Origin: a virus
Taxonomy: Duplodnaviria; Caudoviricetes
Reading direction: 5' to 3' (one strand)
DNA length: 31,339 nucleotides
Virus record (IMG/VR): IMGVR_UViG_3300025036_000356
Span: 1-31,339 of that record
The notes under the pieces were generated by a model that was given only the letters and a program-made list of their open reading frames with translations, made no database searches and had not been told where the DNA came from. Both the position numbers and the translations under genes were made by a program. Shown here one piece after another: positions 17,591 to 26,417 of the stretch (the stretch's first letter is position 1; every line of letters starts with the position of its first letter).

Positions 17591-18319
17591 CTATACCCAG
17601 CCATAAGCCCGGTCTGGGTCGCCATATGTTTCCTCCATGGATTGTTCGCCGAACTCACCCGTGATGAGGTTGAACGGGTCATCGAACTGCTTGATTGTAG
17701 CCTGCTGTTGGAACTCATCGACTTTCTTGTCCGCCATCGCCATGTATTCGAGTGCCTTATCCCACTGCTCCAGATAGAACTTACCCTGTGCGCAAGCCTG
17801 GAAGATAAGCCCATACGGCACTTCGTCAGTTAGCGGGTTGGTATCGGTAGGTCCCGAAAGCGCAGGCAGATACACATAGCAATAGAGATTGAACTTACCG
17901 GTGGCGGTGGTCGCGTTCGGAGACGGAAAGAGCTTGATAGCCTCGATTTTCTGACCGGTGCCGGTCTGCATGGCATAGTCCCAGTAGAGCGGCTGCTCGA
18001 CGCTGCTCGCATTCGCGTATGCCGCCTCCAGCCCCATGATGTGGCGCTTCTCCATCCAGGGGCGTTTCTGGTCGCCGTCCGCGTTCCGGTAGCGTATCTG
18101 GACGAGCTTGATAATCCGGTGCGTCGTCAGGGCGTAAATCTGCTGCCCATCAACCGGCGTCTCATCGTAAGTCCGCCGGAGGAAATAGAACCGATGCCGA
18201 CGGCAGAGCTCGTCCTGCGCCTCGTTGACGAACTCAGGAATAAGCGTGTCCGCAAGCGTAGTATCCCCGCTACGGCGCAGGTAGCTTGCGACCCTAGCTT
18301 TGACCGTCTGATAATCCAT
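17591..18319 (-). CDS. Head-tail adaptor (tail tubular protein A-like)
   Basis: MDYQTVKARVASYLRR...IPEFVNEAQDELCRR...IKLFPSP...DTNPLTDEVPYGLIFQAC pattern typical of podovirus adaptors; position after the capsid genes. Start uncertain (ATG 18319 or TTG 18328). Confidence 0.75.
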   Translation of the reverse strand: MDYQTVKARVASYLRRSGDTTLADTLIPEFVNEAQDELCRRHRFYFLRRTYDETPVDGQQIYALTTHRIIKLVQIRYRNADGDQKRPWMEKRHIMGLEAAYANASSVEQPLYWDYAMQTGTGQKIEAIKLFPSPNATTATGKFNLYCYVYLPALSGPTDTNPLTDEVPYGLIFQACAQGKFYLEQWDKALEYMAMADKKVDEFQQQATIKQFDDPFNLITGEFGEQSMEETYGDPDRAYGWV

Positions 18320-18332
18320 ATGCGCCAACTGA

Positions 18333-18371
18333 ACCCGGGGGTGCCGGTATGTCCGGCATTGCCCCCCGGGT
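18333..18371 (-). terminator. GC-rich stem-loop after capsid and decoration genes (possible terminator/attenuator)
   Basis: acccgggggtgccgg-tatgt-ccggca(ttg)ccccccgggt inverted repeat; only a weak U-tract on the minus strand. Confidence 0.5.
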
Positions 18372-18410
18372 CCTAATTACCAGATGCAGTTTCTAGGTGC
18401 CTACCTGGTT

Positions 18411-18842
18411 CTAGGTTCCTACCTGGTCGTAATCGTAACCTGGCGTGATGACGTAGCTGATGCCGAGGTAGACGAGTCCCGTGGTGGTGCCGCCGACGGC
18501 CGGAGTCTTGTGAATGAACTCCAGCATGGCGGCGGTGGTGATGTCGAAATTCACCATATTCGACTTGATGACGCTGCCTATCGGGCTCGTCACCCATGTG
18601 ATGGTGGCCTTTTCGACGCCTCCATATTTAAGACTGCTGACTGCCTTAGTGGTGGCATTCCCGACGGCCTCAGCACCCGCATAGCCCAAGAAATTGACGA
18701 TGGTAATGTTCCCACCGGTCGAAAGGCCTGCTGCGGCGTTAATCACCAACACGGGGTCAATCGCGGCTGCGCTCAGGTCAATCTGGATAGGACACCAGAA
18801 GAACTTCATCTCTGAATGCTTGCTGTCTGAGTAGATACCCAT
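18411..18842 (-). CDS. Capsid-associated decoration/cement protein
   Basis: 143-aa Ala/Thr/Gly/Val-rich beta protein directly after the major capsid gene; strong GGAGGA RBS. Confidence 0.6.
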   Translation of the reverse strand: MGIYSDSKHSEMKFFWCPIQIDLSAAAIDPVLVINAAAGLSTGGNITIVNFLGYAGAEAVGNATTKAVSSLKYGGVEKATITWVTSPIGSVIKSNMVNFDITTAAMLEFIHKTPAVGGTTTGLVYLGISYVITPGYDYDQVGT

Positions 18843-18851
18843 GTTGTCCTC

Positions 18852-19823
18852 CTAACTGTTGGATGTGATGTGCACGCCGTTCATGTGGTATTCGGTGGCG
18901 GTTGCGATGCGGATGCTATATCCGCCCGTGTAGAACCACGCCACCCCACGGTCCCGGCCATAGTCCGTCGGAATCTTCTGCACCACGCGGAACGGTATCG
19001 CCGTCGCCTTGAGCACGAAGTCCGGTCCGAAGCACACCCCCTGGCAGGGCGGCATGCTGTTTTCGGTGCCGGTGCCCGTCTTGTTCGGCAATATCTGCTT
19101 GTTGTTCGTGCCGAAGATATGGAACCCGAAAATGTCGCCAATGTAGGCATTGATGAGACCGCTCGACTTCTCCGCAGTCCGGATGTAGAGCTGGATGTTC
19201 TGCCAGAGTGCTGATTCTGCAAGCCCCTTCAGACCATGCAGATTCAGAATGCTCACATACTTCCCGTCAGGGAACGGTGGAATCGCATAGTCCCAGTCCA
19301 TGTGCTCCCGGATTTTGATGAAGTCGCCGGCCTGGACGTTGCGGGTTGCATCAGTTGCGAGGGTGGTTTCGGCGGTGATGGTCGGTGCGGCATCGCTTCC
19401 TGTGGGCACGAGCTTGAGCGGCGCGAGGATGAAGTTCGCACCGGCGATGTTGTCCAGGGTCTCGGCACTGTGCTGCCGCAGAACCTGCCCGATTCCGCTT
19501 TCAATGGGAATCTGCGACAGGTCGGCGAACTTCCCAGTCCAGGGGAATCCGCGACCATACTCGTCGATGGTCATGTAGAGCTTCTCGGGGGTTACGTTAG
19601 TCTCGGGCGTCATCTTCTTCTCGCTGATACTGGTGGTATCGCCTTCCACACGTGGCCAGTAGTCGTAGTAGAAGGTGTCGCCCTTCTGCTTCCCCTGAGC
19701 TCCTGGAAGTGGTATGGCATAGCGGTCGAAAAGCGTAGTCCGTCGGTTAGCCAGGAAAATCTTCTTCGTCAGAATTGGCTCGGTTACGCTGGCACCGCTA
19801 TCTGCCCAACTTGGTATAGCCAT
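18852..19823 (-). CDS. Major capsid protein (HK97 fold, N4-gp56-like)
   Basis: LFDRYA...GKQKGDTFYY...ISEK..TPET...MTIDEYGRG...KIPTDYGRDRGVAWFYTGGY; follows the scaffold; AAAGGAG RBS. Confidence 0.85.
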   Translation of the reverse strand: MAIPSWADSGASVTEPILTKKIFLANRRTTLFDRYAIPLPGAQGKQKGDTFYYDYWPRVEGDTTSISEKKMTPETNVTPEKLYMTIDEYGRGFPWTGKFADLSQIPIESGIGQVLRQHSAETLDNIAGANFILAPLKLVPTGSDAAPTITAETTLATDATRNVQAGDFIKIREHMDWDYAIPPFPDGKYVSILNLHGLKGLAESALWQNIQLYIRTAEKSSGLINAYIGDIFGFHIFGTNNKQILPNKTGTGTENSMPPCQGVCFGPDFVLKATAIPFRVVQKIPTDYGRDRGVAWFYTGGYSIRIATATEYHMNGVHITSNS

Positions 19824-19878
19824 GGTAACTCACTCCTTTCTGTGAGATTGCACAGCCCATCAAAGGACTGAGTTACCA
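19823..19878 (-). promoter_or_regulatory. mRNA hairpin sequestering the capsid RBS and the first base of the AUG
   Basis: tggtaactcactccttt (19823-19839) and aaaggactgagttacca (19862-19878) are 16/17 complementary; inner ctgtg/cacag stem. Confidence 0.7.
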
Positions 19879-19899
19879 AGTCTGCGTGCGGGATGGCGT

Positions 19900-20655
19900 T
19901 TAAGGTGCTGCCGGCTTGAATTGCTCGTGTGGCAGCATGCTTTCCTGCTCTATCCGACGCAGCTCTTCTTCAGTTGCTTTGACTTCCTCCTCGTATGATA
20001 AGGCCGGTGGCTGGGAAGGTGATGTCGGTAGAAATCTGCCTGGACCGCCAGTGGCTACGGCTGTTTCATGGGCGTGCATCTTGTCGCTGAGGTCTTTCAG
20101 GCCATCAACGCACGCCTGCGCCAATTCGTTCTTCATGCGGGGCACATCATCATCCCAGCCTTCGGCTTTCGCCCGGTGGGACACTTCCGCAAAAGTAAAG
20201 CCGACGAATCTCCGGCCCCGCTCATTCTGGAAGTAGGGATGTTGAGCCATGAAGTCCGCATAAGCCTGGCGAACTTCCAGCACCCGGCCCGCTTCTTCCC
20301 TGACCGTTTCGGGCAGCTTGTTGAGCTTGTCCTCCATGATGCGGATTTTGGCTTCGTAAGCCGCATCCCTTGCCCGTTGCCGCTCCTCCTGGAAGCGCTG
20401 ATAACCTTCCGGGTCAGTGAACATATCAGGTGCAGCGGCGGTTGGGGTTGAAGCTGGAACCGGTGCCGTAAGTGGCGGTTCTCCAAGCAGATTATATTCC
20501 GAATCCCTCTCCTCTTTAGCGGCCTCTTCAAGCGAGGAGTGAATTCGCTGTAAACTCTGTAAGGTCGAATCTATGGCCTGGCCCTGCTTATCGACTCGCT
20601 CTAGAATCTCGCGGGCAGTAGGCTCATTCTGTTTGTTTGCATCCAGTTCATCCAT
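19900..20655 (-). CDS. Capsid scaffolding protein
   Basis: Start MDELDANK at a TGATG overlap with AAGGAG RBS; acidic coiled-coil sequence with DMFTDPEGY; lies between portal and capsid. Confidence 0.7.
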   Translation of the reverse strand: MDELDANKQNEPTAREILERVDKQGQAIDSTLQSLQRIHSSLEEAAKEERDSEYNLLGEPPLTAPVPASTPTAAAPDMFTDPEGYQRFQEERQRARDAAYEAKIRIMEDKLNKLPETVREEAGRVLEVRQAYADFMAQHPYFQNERGRRFVGFTFAEVSHRAKAEGWDDDVPRMKNELAQACVDGLKDLSDKMHAHETAVATGGPGRFLPTSPSQPPALSYEEEVKATEEELRRIEQESMLPHEQFKPAAP

Positions 20656-20990
20656 CAGATTGCTCCTTCCGATGACCTGGCATCTTCGGCAAAGTCCGGA
20701 TACTCCAGCATCTCGGCAAGCTGCGTTTGGTGCTGAAGTTTCTGCATCCGAAGTGCCTGGGCCACAGTGCGTGCGAATGAGAGTCGTCCCCTGATGAAGC
20801 ACATGGTTTCATCAGAGAGCTGCGCATTGTCGAGCAAGGCTTCCAAGTCCTGCCGTAGCGTCTCCGCGCTCACGTGATACAGCAACTGCTCGGCTTCACC
20901 TATGACCTTGAGCGCATGGGCATAATCGCCCTCACCGGCATGCTGCCGGTTTATCGGTAGGAATCGCCCAAAGAAACTCATCAATCGCAT
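20655..20990 (-). CDS. Hypothetical head-module protein
   Basis: 111-aa helical ORF between portal and scaffold, coupled to the scaffold start. Confidence 0.65.
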   Translation of the reverse strand: MRLMSFFGRFLPINRQHAGEGDYAHALKVIGEAEQLLYHVSAETLRQDLEALLDNAQLSDETMCFIRGRLSFARTVAQALRMQKLQHQTQLAEMLEYPDFAEDARSSEGAI

Positions 20991-21001
20991 CGTCGTTGAT
21001 T

Positions 21002-21013
21002 ATTATACCATAC
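21002..21013 (-). promoter_or_regulatory. Extended -10 promoter candidate (GTATGGTATAAT) at the portal stop codon
   Basis: TGnTATAAT; an identical 12-mer occurs at 26992-27003. Confidence 0.5.
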
Positions 21014-22916
21014 CCGCAGGCGTGCCGCCAGCAGGCGGGAGAACACTCTCACTCGCACCAGCGGCAACAGGTGCTCCTGCCGTCGAGCCGGGCGGTCCTT
21101 GAAGCCCTCCTGCCGCCTCGCGCCTTGCAAGCAGTTCGGCTATTTGCTTCGCCCCCTGCGTGGGCGCCTCAACCCGCTCGATGAGCCTTGAAGTATCAAA
21201 CGGCATCCCTTCGGCGGCAATCCTGATGAGCTCGGTCAGGTTCAGGCGGGTTTGCTTGTCGGCATAGAACTGAATAGCGTCTTTCGGCAGGCTGCCGATA
21301 GCGCCCAGGAATGCCATCATATTCTGCAAGTTTTGCCGCGACTTAGCGGTGGCGCTCAACCCTTCGACACGGATTGCCCGCGTTGACTGGGCGATTGATA
21401 TGCGCTGCTCGGTCGTAAGTGCATCGAGGCTGCCGCAGGCATGCTCTCCCAGCAGGCTCAACATGTCGCTATCCTTCGAGAAATCATACTGAAACTGCGC
21501 CACCAAGCCCACCAGTTTCAGCACCAGCGGCTCCAGCAGGGTTTCTTCGAGGGTCTCGATGTAATCGATGCGGTTCTCATCCGTATAGCCACTCTTGAAC
21601 TTGATTTCAGTCGCCGTCGGCTTCCCCTTGGAAGTGGGCAGACCCTGCGTGATTTCGCTGACTCCCAGTTCTTGCAGCTTGCGGTCGAGTGCCGCCAGAA
21701 GCTGGAAGCCCTCGGAGGGCATCTGCTGTATATCGACCATTTGGGCGACTTTCTTGAGTCCGATGTTTGCATTCAGCAACGCCCGCCCAGGCCATAGATA
21801 GCGCGTGCTGCCGCCGGGCTGCGCTGGGTCGCCCCATACGCTTGGAGCGAGCTCATAGGGCTGTGAAATCCTGAGCGCGATGCCATCGACCATGAGGTTG
21901 TAAATCTCCGCCTGGTGCTGCGCGAAAGGCTGATAGTCCTCGAATATGCTCCGTGGATATGGATAGAAATCTTCAATAGCCGGGCTGCCGTAAATGTAAT
22001 CCGTGCCGCTGCCATCCCAGTAAGGACGGGGAAGCGGGTCCTCCAGCAGCATCAGATGACCCGGTCTCGTCTGGACGAGCGTAATTGCCGCCATCGTCAG
22101 TTTGGGGTCATCCGCTATCTGCGACAGATTCCCCTCGAATTGATAGAGCTCCACCGGCTGCCCACCGGCATAATAGACCTGCATCCGCGACAGCTCGCGG
22201 TCGCGCTCGGTTTGGATAGTCGGCTCCTCCGATTTGGATTCCTGGCTCAGCTCGTTCAAGAAATCACTCCTGCTCGCTCCGCCGGGCAGAAGGGGCAGCG
22301 CCTTGACGTATCGCTCGAACTCCTGCGGACTCATGGTGTAGCGGCAGATGCGCATATCGCCATCGGTGCTGACCCAGAAATCGTAGGGGCTGATATGCTG
22401 AATCCGAAAACCGAACCAATCCTCGTAGGTTACTTCATACTCAAAGCCCCGGGGCAGATAACCCATGAGCTCCTTTATCTGCGTAACCCGGGGGCGGAAT
22501 CTGAACTTCCGGTCGGGCCAGACGCGCACAATGTGATAGCTGGAGAAGTAGGCATGCTTGATGATTTTGGGCAGCAGCCGCTGGAATCTGTTCTGCGTCA
22601 GCCAGTAGTCTACCAGTTGCACCAGTGATTCCTGAATGATTTCACTGAAAGGGTAATTGGTGCCGAACTGTAGCTTATCGACGGTATCGCTGAACGTCCG
22701 CTTCATATGGCGGGCCAGCCGATAAGCTGTAATCGAAAGCTGCGAAGACCGTGCTTTGGCTTGATTCGCCCGCTTCGGTGAAATCGGCGTTTTTCCATCG
22801 GCATGCTGCTGCAAGGCTTTCCAGCGCTCCTCATGCGGACGCCGCATATCGCTCATCGCCTGGAGCGCTTTCGCAGCCTGACTGGCGATTTCCTTTGCTC
22901 TGGCGGATTCACTCAA
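21003..22916 (-). CDS. Portal protein (P22-like)
   Basis: 637 aa directly after TerL; motifs IQHISPYDFW, YPRSIFEDYQPFAQHQAEIYNLMVDG, GVSEITQG...TATEI. Confidence 0.85.
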   Translation of the reverse strand: MSESARAKEIASQAAKALQAMSDMRRPHEERWKALQQHADGKTPISPKRANQAKARSSQLSITAYRLARHMKRTFSDTVDKLQFGTNYPFSEIIQESLVQLVDYWLTQNRFQRLLPKIIKHAYFSSYHIVRVWPDRKFRFRPRVTQIKELMGYLPRGFEYEVTYEDWFGFRIQHISPYDFWVSTDGDMRICRYTMSPQEFERYVKALPLLPGGASRSDFLNELSQESKSEEPTIQTERDRELSRMQVYYAGGQPVELYQFEGNLSQIADDPKLTMAAITLVQTRPGHLMLLEDPLPRPYWDGSGTDYIYGSPAIEDFYPYPRSIFEDYQPFAQHQAEIYNLMVDGIALRISQPYELAPSVWGDPAQPGGSTRYLWPGRALLNANIGLKKVAQMVDIQQMPSEGFQLLAALDRKLQELGVSEITQGLPTSKGKPTATEIKFKSGYTDENRIDYIETLEETLLEPLVLKLVGLVAQFQYDFSKDSDMLSLLGEHACGSLDALTTEQRISIAQSTRAIRVEGLSATAKSRQNLQNMMAFLGAIGSLPKDAIQFYADKQTRLNLTELIRIAAEGMPFDTSRLIERVEAPTQGAKQIAELLARREAAGGLQGPPGSTAGAPVAAGASESVLPPAGGTPAGMV

Positions 22917-24627
22917 AGTAGTAACCTCCTACGACGGCTTCGCCCCGCTCGATGTCACTCTCGACATTATGCGCCCAGGGGTTGAATCCCTTCGGGGCTA
23001 TCATCATACGGTCTATGCCCGTAGTAACGCAGGCGGCAGCGTCTACCCAGTGGTCATGGAAATGGTCCTTCAGCACACGGCCATCTTCCCGACTTCGGTA
23101 TCCTGAAGCAAGCGCCTCGATGAGATTGCGGCATCGTGGATGGATTATCATGCTCGGCTTAGCGTCGATGATGGTGCTGAGCCGCTTGGAAAGGGTCGCA
23201 TTCCGCTCCGCCAGCATGCCTCCGATGGGGTCGATGACGACTTTGTATTGCATATAGATGCTCTCGATGTCGCTGGTGGCGCTGGTAGAATCGGTCTGTT
23301 TGCCCTCGGCGTCTCCCCAATCATAGAGCATTCCAGGCGTCCCCAGGGTAGTGTTGCTGGGCCAATCGGACACCAGTTCGACGATACGCTTATGAGTTTC
23401 GGCGAATACCCGGAGCGCGTATTTCGTTATGATTTCATTGTGCCCTCGCCACTCATGGATGAAATAGAGCAGCCCGTTGCCGAGCCAGAACGCCAGCAGC
23501 GTGACTGGGAAGTTGAAGCCGAAATCCCAGCCGCGCACCACGGCGGCAACATCTGTGCGCTTGATTGGCATCTCCAGCACATGCAAGCGCTTATCGAAGG
23601 TCCTGAAAAACGGCATGCCCTTGTGCGTGGCGTGGCTCGTTGAAAGCTCCATCTCCTGCTCCCAGCTCTCATCATCCAGCAGCGGGCGCGTAAGTTTATA
23701 CCAATCGGAGTCGACCTGCTTCTTGGGGTCGGCAGTATAGTGCAGCTCGACTCCATAGAATCGGCGCTCGTTCTTGAAGACGCTCATACCTCGCCTCAGC
23801 TTGAAGCGCCTGATTTTCGGCATCGCATCTATCTGGTCTGCCTTGACCGCATACATCAGCCGGTAGAATTCGTTGCGGCCGTTGAAAGTGCTGACGCCAG
23901 TGAAACGCCCGCCTTTCTGGATTGATGGGATGGCGCTGCGCACAAGTTCATCACATTTGCCGGGGTCGAGATGCGCCAATTCGTCGGCGAAGTTGGCTGA
24001 TGGGCTTCGGCTACGCGGGGCACTGGCGTCCTGCGAAAGCGCCTTGATGACCGAATCCTCGATGGCGGGGCGCTTGGTATGCTTATCCCCCACTCGATGA
24101 TGCACCATTATATCGCCGGTCCTGAATTCCACCTGTGGCAGGATAGCGACCAGCCACTCCGGGAGTATTTCATAAGTCCAGCGGATGCGTTGAAGCTGAT
24201 ACTCCGCATCCTCCGCCTTGCGGGAAATCAGGTGCGTGGTGCGCGATTCACGGAAAAGCGCCTCCCAGAAGTAGCAGAGGTCGAAGATATACGAGACGAA
24301 CATCTGGCGGCTCTTGGCAACGAGCAGGCAGTTATAGTTCAGCCAGAGCTGAACCATCACCTGTAGATACTCCAGGTGAGCCGGGAAGAGCTTGACCGGT
24401 TGGAGCTCATCGTTATCGTCCCGGGTCCTGATATACCCGCTAGAAAAGAAATACCAGGGATGCTTGGCGAACATATAGAGCAGTTGCTTCTTTTGGGCTT
24501 CGTTCGGCTCTTTCTCCGGGTCGATAGCGTCATTGAAGGCGCTGTATTCGCTCGGAAGGGTGGGTATGAACCCCAGTGCGACCTCTACGGTGTTGGGGTC
24601 ATTTTGCGGTTGTTTCTTCTTTGCCAT
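22909..24627 (-). CDS. terL: Terminase large subunit
   Basis: Walker A-type LVAKSRQMFVS, Walker B FADELAH, motif III VSTFNG, RNase H-like nuclease RGWDFGFNFP and DHWVDA. Confidence 0.92.
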   Translation of the reverse strand: MAKKKQPQNDPNTVEVALGFIPTLPSEYSAFNDAIDPEKEPNEAQKKQLLYMFAKHPWYFFSSGYIRTRDDNDELQPVKLFPAHLEYLQVMVQLWLNYNCLLVAKSRQMFVSYIFDLCYFWEALFRESRTTHLISRKAEDAEYQLQRIRWTYEILPEWLVAILPQVEFRTGDIMVHHRVGDKHTKRPAIEDSVIKALSQDASAPRSRSPSANFADELAHLDPGKCDELVRSAIPSIQKGGRFTGVSTFNGRNEFYRLMYAVKADQIDAMPKIRRFKLRRGMSVFKNERRFYGVELHYTADPKKQVDSDWYKLTRPLLDDESWEQEMELSTSHATHKGMPFFRTFDKRLHVLEMPIKRTDVAAVVRGWDFGFNFPVTLLAFWLGNGLLYFIHEWRGHNEIITKYALRVFAETHKRIVELVSDWPSNTTLGTPGMLYDWGDAEGKQTDSTSATSDIESIYMQYKVVIDPIGGMLAERNATLSKRLSTIIDAKPSMIIHPRCRNLIEALASGYRSREDGRVLKDHFHDHWVDAAACVTTGIDRMMIAPKGFNPWAHNVESDIERGEAVVGGYYFE

Positions 24628-25081
24628 AACGTGCCGCCGGGAAGACCCACTTGCGAGGCTCGATGTTCTCTGGGGACAGCGGCATCACATAATGAGCCAC
24701 CACCATAATTGTATCGGCTCCCGGCATTCCCAACGCCCAACGGGTTGGAATTTCCACCCGGCCGATTACAAGAGCCGCCTGTCCGGGCTCGCATCCGAGC
24801 ACGATTTGCTTGGCCTGCTCCTGGAAAACGCGCACATGAAAACACTGGTGCTGAATCGGGGGCACTTGATATGTCTTGACCTGGATGAGCAGAAAATCAT
24901 AGTATTCGTTCCCGTATCGGCTGATATGATGCTTCGGCTTGCTCAGGATGTAACCGCCCAGCATCACCGTATTGACCCAGAAGGGCAGCTTCTCGGATTG
25001 CGTGATGGGATAACGGCGATAGAACGGCTTGCCTGTCCCAGGTTTCGCTTCCGGCAGTTCTCTGGACGGTCGCTTCATCAT
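24599..25081 (-). CDS. Divergent SSB-like OB-fold protein
   Basis: VNTVMLGGYILSKPK...GNEYYDFLL...FHVRVFQEQAKQI...GQAALVIGRVE parallels the SSB consensus (vN.v.l.G....P...G....f.l...h.v.vf...A.......G..v.v.G.l); no acidic tail. Confidence 0.6.
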   Translation of the reverse strand: MMKRPSRELPEAKPGTGKPFYRRYPITQSEKLPFWVNTVMLGGYILSKPKHHISRYGNEYYDFLLIQVKTYQVPPIQHQCFHVRVFQEQAKQIVLGCEPGQAALVIGRVEIPTRWALGMPGADTIMVVAHYVMPLSPENIEPRKWVFPAARYGKEETTAK

Positions 25082-25455
25082 TCATCATAGGTCTTGAGCG
25101 CATAGACAATACTGAGGATGATGTTCTTGAACCGGCTGCGCATATAGTCGGGGGTTCCAGATTCGCGCAGGTGCTTATACATCAGATAGAGCGCTTTGGC
25201 GAAGGCTGCGGTGCCATAGAGCCGGTCCTTCGCTTGCAGGATTTCATCTACCGCCTTCTCCGCCGCCGCGATATACTTGTGGAAGTGGCCGCCCAGACCC
25301 TGATTGAGCACATTCACCAGCACATGCTGCGGAATCTTCACATAGGTGTTTCCATGCGGAAACTTCGGCATGCTTGGGCCTTTCAGATTCAGGTCCTTCG
25401 CCGTCACCTTCTTCGGGGATTCGCCCACAGCTTTTTCTTTTCGTTTGTTCGCCAT
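25078..25455 (-). CDS. Hypothetical basic protein (start MANKRKEK)
   Basis: AAGGAGG RBS before the ATG at 25455; coupled to the downstream gene. Confidence 0.7.
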   Translation of the reverse strand: MANKRKEKAVGESPKKVTAKDLNLKGPSMPKFPHGNTYVKIPQHVLVNVLNQGLGGHFHKYIAAAEKAVDEILQAKDRLYGTAAFAKALYLMYKHLRESGTPDYMRSRFKNIILSIVYALKTYDE

Positions 25456-25474
25456 CAATGCCTCCTTGTTGGGG

Positions 25475-25894
25475 TTAATACGAAGCCCGCTTGGGGAAGG
25501 CTTCATACGGAATGATGCAGACATTATCATCGACTGAAACCTTGCCCCACAGATAGTTGACCTTGCCGGCGGCATTTTTCTCGCCGATGAGGAGCGGCCG
25601 GGGCAACACAATGAGAATCTCATTGAGGTCCTGGTCGGCGGCGCCAAAGGGACAGTCGCCGCTCCAGATGAGTTGCTGCACCTCGGTGTCGGCGGTCGGG
25701 TAAGCGTCGCTTCCGTCGTTACCGGTGAGCACCAAGAAAGCCACCTTCGCAAGCGCGCTCTTGATTTTCACCTGGAAGCCGCCGAGGAAGAACGGATGGG
25801 CGTGCCCGCTGTCCAGCCGGGTTCCCGCCGCTTTGATAACGATGCCCTCGGTAAGGCTTGCGACCATCGATTTCAGATACCAATCTGTCATCAT
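25475..25894 (-). CDS. Hypothetical, probably virion-associated beta protein
   Basis: AAAGGAG RBS before MMTDWYLK (ATG 25894 or 25891). Confidence 0.65.
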   Translation of the reverse strand: MMTDWYLKSMVASLTEGIVIKAAGTRLDSGHAHPFFLGGFQVKIKSALAKVAFLVLTGNDGSDAYPTADTEVQQLIWSGDCPFGAADQDLNEILIVLPRPLLIGEKNAAGKVNYLWGKVSVDDNVCIIPYEAFPKRASY

Positions 25895-25901
25895 AGCTCC
25901 T

Positions 25902-26417
25902 TTAGCCGTGCCGATGATAGCGCAGCCACGGCGCATAGATATTAGACCTGATACGTGCTTTGCCTGGTGTCCAAGTGATGCGCACCGGCAGCCAATCGAC
26001 ATAGTAACTGCCTGCGGTGGCTGCCTTGGCGTTCACCAAAAGTCGGGCCTGGAAATTGACATCGGAGAGCTTGTCCCAATCCCAAATCGTATCGGCAGTT
26101 ACATCGAGCCATTCGACCGCATTGTCATCGGCTGGTTTCTGTGTCACCGGATGGGCCAGGGCCGACCAGCTAGTGCCGCCATCCCATGATACATCGATGC
26201 TCGCAAAGGGGGCCATATCCAGATTATCGTATTGCTCGACACCGACCTCGACCTGGTTGATGACTCCGGCCCCAACGATGCCATAGTTCATGCCGATGAG
26301 ATACTGTATCTGCCCAAAAGCCAGGATTGCATAGGCGTTATCGCTGGCCAAGATGTTCATGGGGTCGGTCCAAACGGGACCGACAGCGAGCGTCGGGCTG
26401 TATATCTGGATGCTCAT
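25902..26417 (-). CDS. Beta-sandwich virion accessory-like protein with Asp-box motif
   Basis: WTDPMNILASDNAYA, SWDGGTSW (Asp-box), YVDWLPVRITW; TGATG coupling to the peptidase gene. Confidence 0.6.
   Translation of the reverse strand: MSIQIYSPTLAVGPVWTDPMNILASDNAYAILAFGQIQYLIGMNYGIVGAGVINQVEVGVEQYDNLDMAPFASIDVSWDGGTSWSALAHPVTQKPADDNAVEWLDVTADTIWDWDKLSDVNFQARLLVNAKAATAGSYYVDWLPVRITWTPGKARIRSNIYAPWLRYHRHG

Noticed and set aside
18391-18427. Genome-wide TAG recoding suggested by the repeated in-frame TAG
   Set aside because: Long genes are intact under the standard code, and TAG ends the capsid and adaptor genes right before the next RBS.
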